NCBI GenBank assembly: GCA_937930175.1
Contig: CALGLP010000023.1
Span: 27,205 to 91,204, forward strand
DNA from: an uncultured bacterium
Lineage (GTDB): Bacteria > Omnitrophota > Gorgyraeia > Zapsychrales > Aceulaceae
Direction: 5' to 3'
Length of the DNA stretch: 64,000 nt
The translations under genes were made by a program, and so were the position numbers. How positions within the stretch are numbered: the stretch's first letter is position 1; every line of letters starts with the position of its first letter. The notes under the pieces are model-generated. The model saw only the letters and a program-made list of their open reading frames with translations. It searched no databases and was not told the origin of the DNA. This document shows positions 36,001 to 48,000 of the stretch, one piece after another.

Positions 36001-39000
36001 TCTTAAGGAAAAAGGATATACGCAGCCGGCTATTGACCAGATGATCAAGGAAGCGTATTTCCATGGAAAGACACCGGCATTGATCAAGGCCATGGAAGGG
36101 GCTTTTGAGCCGGGGATCTTTTCGTTCTTGGAGAACCGTCTTAACCTTGGGCAAATGGATCAGACCTCTTTTCTTCTTGAAAAGGGGGTTGCTTTAAGAC
36201 AGAGACAGAAAAAAGAGAATAGCGTGTTGTTAACTAGCCTTGTTTCTGAGTTAGGCTCGGAGAAGGCTAGCAGCAGTTGTGATCTAGAGGGGCATGAGCA
36301 TGGCCATCACCACGACCACGCGCATCATCACGCAGTCAATATGCAGACGTTGAAAAAGGTTTGTGCGATTGTCGCCGGCTATATGGTGATCGAATTATTT
36401 GGAGGAATGTTTTTCCGTTCCTTGGCGCTGACCGCGGATGCCGGGCATATGTTCATGGATGCCATGGGGCTTTTGTCGGTGTTGCTCGCGCAGTGGTCCA
36501 CGCAGCGTTGGGATATGCATAGAAAATATAATGGTGTTTCTTGGGCGGAGCTTCTGGCGACGGGTATTAATACATTGATGATCCTGATTATGGCAGGGTA
36601 CGTTTTTGTTGAGTCCTTTGAGCGCTTCGCTCAGCCTGCTGCTGTTGCGGTGTTGCCGGTGTCGGTGATCGCGCTTGTCGGGTTGGGGGTCAATATTATA
36701 AGCGAGAGGATCGTGCATCCACAAAAGGATAACGGGATGGGTATGAAAAGCGTATATGTGCATATTTTTGGTGATTTGCTGATCTCTGTGGGTGTTCTGG
36801 TCAGTATGCTTTTGATCAATATCACCGGAAACAATGCTTGGGATCTTGGGATCAGTTGTGTCATTACGCTTTGGCTTATTTTTAATTCAGGCCGCTTGGC
36901 TGTGGGGATGGTTAAGGCGGTCAAAGGCAAGCATGACGATGAACATCATTGGTATGATGAAGCTTCCGGATTAGGCGATGATCACTCGCATTATCATGCG
37001 AAGCACGAAAAGGCTTGCTCGTTGATCCGCGAGACTAATCTTAGGGCATATGATCTACCTGGCGCGGTCCAAGCCAAGGCCTTGATTGAGCCCACGACCG
37101 TCGACCTTTATGAAAAGACTGAGAGGCCTCTTAAAGCACCGATCGGATTCGAAGTCGAGTTCAATTTGTGCTCGTTAAAGCGTTTTGGCAGCAAAAAATA
37201 CCGCACCCGCATCCGCTCCTTGCCTTGCAAGCCTTATTGGGTGGCGACCGGCATCTTTGAGGTTAGCCCAAAACCTTCTTGGAGTTATCAGACTCAAGTG
37301 GCTATGGCGCAGGCGTTGCTGAATAAACTGGGGATTTTGGTCGAGGATATTATTTCGGTTCAGGTCAATCTGGGCATGCCTTCTAAGATCTGGAAAATAG
37401 TAAGACAGCTTGAGTTCCTTGAGGAAATGCAGAAGATCATGATGGTAACGGCTTTAGGCTTTGTTTCGGCTGAGCGCATTTTAAATAAGAAAACCAGCAA
37501 GGTCGTCGAGCTTCGTCCCGGCCGATGGTTTTTTAGCGAGGCCATGAGCCTTGAGGGTCAACGCTATGTGCGTTTTGAATGCGGATTTGCGGATTGGCTG
37601 ATGATCAATGAGATCGCAGGCATTTTGCAGCATCTGTTCCCGGCCTTGACCGTTTATTGCCGCAGTGATCTTGAGGCTTTGACCGATGATCAGCAGGAGC
37701 TTGCCGGGATCTGGCAGAAAAGGATCCGGGAGCCTTTGCAGTCCCTGGTTGATGAGGTTTTTTTCGCGGCGGATAAAGATTTTCTGATCGACAATGCCTT
37801 GACCTATGTTGCACTGCTGAAGCTTCGGGATGGGAATGAATATTTTCGGCAGGCCAGTCAGCAGATCTTGCGCGATGTATTTAAGGCCTATCAGCAATGG
37901 CGGGAGCGGGCCAAAGATTTAGGAGTATTGGAAAAGACGATTTCGTCTTGTATCTTTGAAATCCCAGTGGCGTCTTCATTTGTCGCTTGGACACCGGAGG
38001 CCTTTGAGATCTATGGCAATAAGGGTGGGCGCAGTTTTGTAGCATTAGCCTTTGCAGGTCAATTTAATGATAAGACTATAGGAAAAAGAGCTCTTTCAAT
38101 CGGCACAGGCCGTTACAATTATCCGGAGCTGGAATTGGCTCTTCGCGGTTGGGATGTTACGGTGGTGAGCCCGCTCACAAAAGAAGAACTATGGAAAACC
38201 CGCTTAGATCCTTGCAATGAGACATATCAGGGCATCCGGCCTGGCGCACTAGGGGCGGTCATTCGACAATCTGGGGGCCGCTATAGGTATATTAATTCAT
38301 GCTTTGAACTTGAAACTCCAAGCCAATATTTTCAAAATGAAAAATTTGATTTAGTGATCATCGCTAATTTCTTAGATACTGGAGGGGGTTCTGAATTTAT
38401 TAGACATGCTTTTAAATCTTTTGTTTCTATTTTAAGCGATGAAGGCCAGATGGTCATTGTTAGCAATCGAATTTGCTCCAGGAGCGAAAATTTTATCAAG
38501 AAACTTAGAAGAAATAATGTTGAGCTTAAGCGGTATCAAGGTCTTCCGTATTATGATCAACTTTTGCACCAAGTGGTTTATGCTGATTACGACGGTAATT
38601 GTTACTGGGATGTTATCTCCAGAGTTCAGTATTTTTATTTTCGGAAATGTCTTTCTTCTGTCATTTTGGTGGTAGATGATGAGGTCAATAATCTTGACTT
38701 AACAGCAATGATTGCAGAGTCTTTGGGCTATGGCGTGGTGAAGGCCGGTAGCGTCGATGCAGCGCTTGGGATCTTGCGCCGACAGAAGATCGATGCGGTT
38801 GTTTCGGATGTCAATATGCCCGGCTTAAGCGGTATTGATTTGGCACGTATTGTTGCCGAAAAGTTTCCTTTGGTTCCCGTCATCTTGATGACAGGGTGGG
38901 TGGCCGCGGACCAAAAAGAAGAGATCGCGCAATTGAAGTTAAAACTGATTTATAAGCCGATTGACCCCGATGATCTTCAAAAAGCGATTGAGAAGGTATT

Positions 39001-42000
39001 TTTAAGAAAGTCATCAAAAACCTCTTCGCCGGCGGTTGACCCTGAAGGACTAACGATATTTTTATTGGGGAGAGAGGGGGTCTCTTCATCAATCGCCTGG
39101 TCTCTAGAGACGATTGTCGGAGGAGATTTAAATGCTCGTTATTTAAAACGTATCTGCGAAATTATTAACACTCATGATGATGAGGAAGAACCAAGGGACC
39201 ATGGGCGAGAAAAGGTGGCGTTCTTGATTGGGCCGGCCGCTGATTTTTCGACGGCATGGTTAGCGACTCAAGCTTTGAAGTTCATTTTTATTGAGAAATT
39301 GCCATTGCATGTCACGTTGGACACTGTCCTAAAGAGAAATATCCAGGAGTTGATGGAACATGCTTTTATGTTGAGCATGATGTCAGCGCTCGGATCAGGA
39401 GATTTGCCTAATTTCGATCTGTTTCTTTATATGAATGAAAAGAAAATTATTGATTTGTATTGTATGGAAAAAAGTTTTCAGGGCTTCATCACTGATGAGT
39501 TCTTGGGGATCTGTGGAGGCGTGTGGCCATTTCTTAAGAAGGAAATCGAGATTGCCACGCGCGATTCTTCTGATCATATCAGCCCTGCGGCAAGAGAGGA
39601 TGATCCCAGGGTTTTTGATTTGAATTTTAGACTAAACAACAGGGAACACTCCTTGGTTTTTATGGAAAAGACAGATGGATTGGACGTCAGCAATTATGCA
39701 AATTATCTAAGGCTCTTTGGTGGCGTTGATTTTATTATCATTAAGGCCGGCGATGTTTATTTAGAGAATAAGAAATTTTTGCTGCCTGGACAAATCGTTG
39801 AGGAGTTCTTAAGGCCCGGAGGATTTGTCATTCTCGACAGCAAGAGGGCTCTTCAGCAGGGCCAAGCGGTTCGCGATTTACTGATACCTGTGGAAGATGA
39901 CGTACTTTTGAAACTGGAAAGGCAAGGGGCTGTTTTTGGTTACAATGGTCCTCTTTATAATGAATCAAAGAGCGGGGCATATATTTTTAAGAAGAAAGGC
40001 TCCATATCTTCGGCGGTAGCTTCTTCAGTGCTCGATATTCCTTCGGGCCGGGGAACAAGCTTTAAGATTTTATTGCCAGTTGCCAAAGAAAGCCAACAGA
40101 AAGAATCTTTTTGTCTGACGGGTGTCAAAGAGGGCAGGGCAACCAAGTCTAAAAACTCCGGATCACCATTAACTTTGTCTACGATCTTCGTTCTAGGCCT
40201 GGTCAGTTTAATGGGGGCAAGCTTGGCGGGATTGTCTGAGCCGGGCGCGGTTGCTCATGTGGGATTAATGGACGCAGGCGCTTTGCAGTGGTTGGAGGGT
40301 TTTTGGTCAGAGCATGTGGCGGCGGTGTTGTCGGCGGTATTTCCTAATGGGCCGGGGGAAGGGGTTTTGGTTTATGGCGCCTTTGCTTCTTCTCACCTTT
40401 TTGTTCTTGCCCTTCTTTCTCTTCTCATCGGATCTTTAATTTTTATATTTTTATTCCATCGCAAAAATCACGACCAGATTGCTTACCCTGAGATCCAGGG
40501 CATGGATTTTATGTCGGTTGTACGTTATTTTTTGCCTCAGGGCGATCTGACCCTCACTGATGTCGGAGCCGGGAATAACCGTTTTATTGAATCAGTAAGA
40601 GAAGATCTAGATAATGCTTTTTCGCTTTTGGTTGGCTTTGATAACAAGACCCCGGGCTATAAAAAGTATTGCCCCCACTCCCAAGAAGTTATTTCCCTTT
40701 CTCTTCAAGAGGCAGCTGGAGATCCAGACTATCAAGAATATTCTAACGTTGTTACCGTAAATGCGCCAGACGTGCATTTTTACGATGATCTTGTTCCTTG
40801 CGTGATGTGCTTGCTCAAACGGCAAGGCGTTGGCTTGATTTTTGTGAAGTTGGCTCCCAAGGATGGTTGTTATATCAAGAATCTGATGCATCAGATGCGG
40901 ATTTATGGGGCACAGCCGATTTTGCTCAAAAACCTTCAAGGTTATCCCAAGACTTTTTATACTGATGACAGAACTCCGGTCGTTTTGGGTGTAGTTCACT
41001 GGAGGCAGAAAGGATCTTGTTCGGCGAGCGTCACAGAGGATATGACTGTTGCTAACGCAGACGGCCTTTCTGCGCAAAAGAATTGTTTTTTTAAAACGAG
41101 ATGGCTGATCGCGTCTATCACTTGTACAAAAGTTCTATTGATGACTTTTTCTTCATTGATCAAAAAAAATAAAGTTCTTTTGCTCAGTGGTTTATTATTC
41201 TTTTTTCCTAACGCGGCGCTGGCTTTTGTTGGGACCGGCCCTGAGGATTCCTTGGGAAGCCTGCCTGAGGCCAGTTATTGGCTAGTAGAATGGATGTTGA
41301 GCCAACCGCTCTGGCTGGCGCTGGGCAAGATCTTGACGCCCGTTCTCGTGATCGCGCTTTTTTTAGCCAGGGCCAGGCGATGGAGGGTCTCGATCCCTGA
41401 GCCGGTTCAAGAGGCGTTGGGGATTCAGCCGAAATCTCGCGCGTCCGCGTCATCCAGCAGGCACGGATTGTTTTTCTCATCCTTGGGACCTTCCAACGCC
41501 TTTGATGATCAGGCTTACGAGACGCTTGTTAACAAGGGTTTTATCGTTCAAACCATTGCTCAGAGACGGTTTCTTTTTATTCTTCGCGTTTTTGACAAAA
41601 CATCTCTTGTACGCCGGCATCCGCAGAAGGTCTTTATGATCGATATAAGAGATATTGATGACCGAAAGCGTGTTGCACGTTTTGATTTTGTTTTTGATCT
41701 TGCTGCTCAAAGAGCTGTTGCAGATACGGCTTATGTCGAGTATCGCTTTTTAAAAGGATACGAGGAGTCGTTAGATCATCTTCATAGCGAGGGATATCGC
41801 GTTGCCCTTAAGGTTCTTGATAAGGCGCGCGATGTTTTCTTTTCGACTCGAGGATTAAGCTATCCTGTGAGCATCGATATTGCTGACGATTATCGCAGTT
41901 CAAAGAAAAAAGGCAATTATCAGTTTTTCACAATTCTTTTTAAAATATTCTTTTCTTTGGCTCATCAGCAGGGCATACAATCCTTTAAAGCGGTGCCGCT

Positions 42001-45000
42001 CAGAAAATCTCTTTTTGATCGGATCTTCGAGTACATCATTCTTCCTAAAAAGATAAGCCTTTTTCAATTTTATCAGAGAGCGATCCCTTTGCCGTATCAG
42101 AAGAAGTGGTCTTGGGATTTATACCCGTATTTAATTTTTGATCTTTCGGATATGCCTTCTGCGCTTGTCTTTTCTTTAAGTCCTGCCGGCACCAAGACTG
42201 AGGCGTTAACAACGTCTTCGGTGATACACCCAAAGAGCGATTCTGTCTATGCTCTGGAGGTCAGGGATTTCGACGGCGCGCCTGAGGCCCGGAACAAAGC
42301 TGCTAGGCTGCGAAACGCTCTTCTGAAGGCTGATATCCCTTTTGTTCAGAAGAAAAGCTTTGAAGATCTGCCCTGGAAAGCAATCACCAAGTGTATTGGA
42401 GAGCATGAAGGCCCTGTGATGACCTGGATCATTTTCGGGGGACTGTTTCGGGCTTGTTTACGAAAAACGATCAAAAAGATTATAGATCTTTGCTCTAAGC
42501 TATCGGGTCAGACGACGAGGATCGTTTTGCCTTTGTTTGCTATGAATCACCTTTATCGTTATGAATTGACGAGCGAGTCAAGCGAATTTCGTGCTTATAT
42601 GCAAGTTAGTGAAATTCCTCGCTTGATCGAGGCGCATTCCAAGGAAGGCTTGATCACAACAGGGAAAGAACCTTGGCTTAATGCGGATGGATATTATTTT
42701 ATGTTTGACTATGACGCAACCAAACAGCAGGTCGTGATCCGTTGTAATGGACAGATTTTACGTGTTTTAGGAGACGAGGCTTCAACCAAGCATACTGTGA
42801 TTCTTGATTTTGTGATGACATTGGAGGGTTTTAATAAAGTTATGGAACAAACCCAGATTACGGCTGTGAATGTCGATGGTAAAGAGGTAGGCAAGTTAGC
42901 GCAAGAGCAAGAATTCGGATCCCCATTAGTACTTCCAACCATTTTAGTCTTAGGCCTCATCGTCTCTGCGCTGGCAAGTTTGCTGGGCTTCTCGGAGCCC
43001 GGCGCGGTTGCTCACGCGGGATTGGGGGATGCGGGGGTTTTGCAGGGGTTGGCGGGTTTTTGGTCAGAGAATGTGGCGGTAATGTTGTCAGCAATATTTA
43101 CCAATGGGCCGGGGGATTTGGTAGCGATGAGCTTAGGGCTTTCTTCGGTTTCGCCTAGCCTTTTATTATTTAAGGAAGACAATGCTATTGGACCAGGCCA
43201 TTTAGTTAATGAGCACGCGCCTTTGGAATTAACAGACATGATTCAGCCAGGGTTCTTGACTCCTGGACTGGTCGTTGTTCATAGCGATGATATTCTCCAG
43301 GAAGTACTCTATATATACAGCGAATATAATTTTGTGGGGGCTGCAGGAACGCTTGCGGTGTATCTAAAGCGTTCACGCTGGATCAATCTTTATCCGCGGA
43401 TATTCGCCTATCTTGATAGAGTTCTTCCTGAATCTTATGAAAGGATTGTTTTAGTTAGATCCTTTGAAGACCCAGAAAGGGTAAAGCACGAGATCCTTCA
43501 TGATCTTGTTGAGTTATCTTCACAAGTAGACTCCCGTCCTTTTGAAAGTCTTATTGAAGCTTTCAGTAAGATTATGGAAGAGGATAAAAATTTCAATGAA
43601 AAATTTCATGAATTCCTGTGTCCTAATGGAGCATGTGACACAGGGATGAACGTGGAGCATTTTATTTGTTATTTCTTTTCTGGCCAAAGGTCTCACGATT
43701 GCTCCGAGGAATACCTTTCCTTTACTCGTACTTATCATTATGAAGAACTTTATGATTATTTTTTGCATCAAATGCCGCGCGAAATTATTGATTTATTTGA
43801 TCAGCTTGGTTTAGTCTGGCCGGATGGTAGTGATGTTGATCAAAATGCTGGGGACACGCAAGAAACATTTAGCATATCTAGTCCCCGGATTGCTCATCGT
43901 ACGGGTGTGTGGGAGCTTGAAGAGGCGGGCAAGCCCAATGATCCCAGGGAAGATGTTTCTTCGCCGATCTCACGGGAAGACTTCATCGATAACTATCTGA
44001 CATCGCTCGGCAAGCATTGGGCAGACTTAGCGCCGAAGATGAAGCCCCTTCTACTTAAAAGGTTGATAAGTCTAGAAGCCGGGGCTGATTATTATGTGCA
44101 AGACAAAGAGGCTTTTGCCGCGCTTGCCGACCTCGGCATAGCGAGTGCCCATATGTTCATGCTGTTGTTGCGCACTAGGGCGCGTCCTGACGTCGAAAAA
44201 GAGGTCCTTCTTGAGAAAAACATCATCGAGGGTAACTATGAGCCTGTATTTCAATATTTCGTCAATTTATATAAATATCCCAATGAAAGCGACACCTTTT
44301 CTAGGTATCAATCTGCTGTTGTCAGATATGCGATCCTCCTTGAGGGCGATACGGTCGTCAAAGCCCCGCGTGATATTGTTGCCTACATTAAGGACATTGT
44401 CATTAACGAGTTTATAGGCTCAAGGGAAGAAATCTATTGTGGATCAGCTTACGGCCAGTGTGACCTTTATCCTCGGGCTGCTGTTAATGAGGCGCAGCAA
44501 TATTTTGAACGACATTTTCTTGAGTATTATGGAGTGGCTTTTCCGGTATTGCTCGCCGATGTCGTTGTTTTCACGAAAGATGTAAATAAATGTTTTTCGT
44601 CTCAATCAAAGATCGGCGTGGCTTATTCCTCGCACGACTCCTCTAAAATATATCAAAAGGTTGTTCCTTCTCTCATAAGGAAGATCTTCCACGAAGCCCT
44701 GCATTTGGCTTTGCCGTACAGCTTTAATGATTTTTACGCCTTGAGAATTTTTGATGAGGGTCATATAAGATATGAAACGGACGAATTTACCTGGTTCGTC
44801 GATCCGCAGAGTTGCCATGTTGACGATGGCATAGCCGACGATATATATTTTCCTCATCGCCGCTTATTCGTATCTCTGCAGGAAATCGTCGGCAGAAACA
44901 ACATCATTAAGATGAGAATGGAAGGAAAGATCGGCCCGTTGGTCGCCGCCTTGGGCGCTTACGGGAATGAATTGATGATGCTGTTTGAGTATGTTCAGGC

Positions 45001-48000
45001 TACGAAGAAAGAAAGGCTGGGCCTTGAAGTTGGCAGCGGCTACACGGAGACAGCGCCCATCGACGATTCCCAAGAGCTCCTTTTGAATAGGAATTCTCCG
45101 GAGATGCTTCTTCAATTTATCGAAAAGGAGGAAGCGGTCCTAAGTGCTCAACGGCCTGATTGGCAGGAGCGTAATAAAAAAGGAACAATATTCGATCCGT
45201 GCTTTAAAGGTCGGCTAGCGGCTTCCTCGCCAATTCTTCCTTCTGTTCTTATGCTTGGCCTGATCGTCTCTGCGCTGGCAAGTTTGCTGGGATTGTCGGA
45301 AGTCAGAACCACTATTCACGCCGGAATTCTTGATATAGACCCTATGGACTTTGGCTATATTTTGCGGAGTTTAGTCAGAATCGGGTTGTTCACCGCAGGC
45401 GTAAGTTTGTTATTTGAGAATATTATCTTAAACTTCTCTGGAAATGTTTATGAGAAATTCTATAAAAAGACGCGCATGGGCATTCTAAACGCCCGGGATA
45501 TTGTGCATGCCGGTGAACTGGGGGCGCGAGGATTTTTTATCGGGTATCAACGATGGTTTAGACGCATCGGCGCAAAAGATCTCACCAAGAATTTTGTGAT
45601 GTTGTTAGCGACAGGGAAATCCTGGGAGATCGCGTATCAGAAGATCGCGGATAGCTTAGATTCTTGGGAGACTCCGGAAACCCAGCAATGGCTTAAGAAG
45701 CAGGGCATTGACCCCAGGATCAAGCCAGACCCCAGCCGCATGGTTGTTTTTCATTTGGATACGGTGATCCCGCAACAAAGAGAGGACTATTTTTCCTTCT
45801 CAAGGACCCTTGGTATTGTGTGTGATACGTTTCATATCCCACAAGCGAAAGCGAATCGTTTCTTTTGGTATGGGGATTGGACGTTGGATGATCAAGGTAA
45901 TCTCGTACAGATGTCCCCCGAAGAATTTTTTTCTCTTAAAGACGATATTCACTCTCGTGGGTTTAAGATCAAGGATTTTTTATCAGGGCAGATGCCTTGC
46001 GAGGACGCACAATATCGCTTTTTGTCCGCCATGGAACAGCAACGACAGAAGACCTCTGATCAATATCGTGCATTGGGCGGCGCTGATTTTGTGGCATACA
46101 GTTTTGGGCCGTCGTATCAGGGTAAGGGGCATGTGGCCTTTGTGGAATCCATGGATGAGGTACGGGATCAAGCTTTCATGGATTTGGGCGGGTATCATTT
46201 TGCCGCCAGTCAAGCCTCTCAAAATGGAGGTTTCAGCCGCACCGTTGGCAAGCACGGTTTTGTGACTTTTTCGATCGCGGATATAACGTTTAATCCTGAG
46301 GCGTATTTAGTGGGCATTGTGACGGATCATCATAAATCTTCAACGGTGCGTATGGCTGTTGAAGGAGATATCGCAAAGGATTTTCCGCGCTATCCGGCAA
46401 CCGGTTTGCAGAGATCTCAGGGGGTCTTGATCTTGACTGATGAATCCGCGCGTGATCTGCGCGACCGAAGGCATCCCTGGGACTTTCGTGTACTAAAAAA
46501 ACCTGAATGGACTGAAGAAATGCGCCGGACATTTTTGATCCGCTTGTCTCAAGAAGCTGGCAAGCCTTTGACACAAATCATGGATAAAGATTTTATTGAT
46601 CCCGAAAAAGATCTTCCTGGACCCGTCCTAAGGATACGGCGGAAGAATTTAAAAATATTCAAAAGTTTTGGATCCTTAAAGTCGCAGGGTCAGGCGTATA
46701 TTCAGTTTGTCATGGATCATATGACAACCACGGCGCCGCAGGCCTTAGCGGAGAAACTTTGGGGGAGAGAGCGCATTCATTCTCTTGAGTTCATCGCGGC
46801 TTCGCTCGATTTTTTAAGAAATCAATATGAACAATGCCTATGTTATGGTCATGATGGATCCAATATCCAAGAGCTGATCCAGTCAGAAGAGAAATCATTA
46901 GCGTCAAAACAAATTACTATTTTATTGAAAGATCCTCATCCTGATGATAGTTTTCTCGCCCTGCTCATTGGTTTTCTTAGAAATCTTATTGCCAAGGGTT
47001 ATGTTAGAGCCTATGCCATTTGCGCGACCACAGGGGCCGAGGCGGTGAGCGATGTATTGGTTGTGCAATTTCTAGAAACCATGCGCTCCTGGGATCAAGA
47101 AACCATCAACCAAGCCTTTGATCTTGATCGTGGAGAAACAACGAAGCAATTGTTACAAGACGCCATGGCCCAAGAAAAACCCAGTGATGTTTTAAGTTAT
47201 GATGTGCAAAGTAAGATGACCGCAACGGGATGGCATTTACGAACAAAACTTATTTTTAATTATTTGTTCGTTAAGCGATTCGAATATCAACATGCCCCGC
47301 CAAAACAAGAACTTCAAGAATTTTTAGACAAGTTGATCGCCGAGATCGAGGCCAAGCCAGATTGGGGAGCTCGGGATAGTGAAGAGATTGTCTATATGAA
47401 AAGCATTGTTCGCGTGATCGAGAATAAAACTGCTATGATGGCCCTAGGGCTTCCTTATGAAAACATTTTTGATCCGATGAATTTTTCTTGGTATCAGTCT
47501 GGGGTCAAGGATGGGACAGCGCGCGATCAAGACGTAGAAAGGCTGATCAATGTTATTAAGGGCATAGGACGCCTGGATATGATCATTGGTAATGGGGAGG
47601 GTTTTCGGTCTTACGATACGCATGCGACCGTTGAAGCCATGGTGATTGCGGCGTTGTTAAAGTTGTTGGAGCAAAAATGGATCGACCCGAAAACGTTTCG
47701 GTATTTCACTTATGAAGGCGTGTGGAAGAGAAAGTTGCTAGAAGAAGCAAATCTCACTGTTCTTTATTCTCAAGAAGAGATCGAGGAATTTGATCGGATG
47801 TTCTTAAATCTTTATCCATCTCAAGTGCCTGCAGAAATGCTGGATGCTTCTCAGGAAAGAGTGATGCTGTTTTCACAAGCCGTTGTTCAACATGGGAAAA
47901 AAACAATCAAAGAATTGAGAAGAGTTTTAGGGTCTCACAAGGTTGACGAGGTTCTGCCTCGCGCTAAAATGGCGCTTCATTTTAGAGTTTTAAGGTTGTC

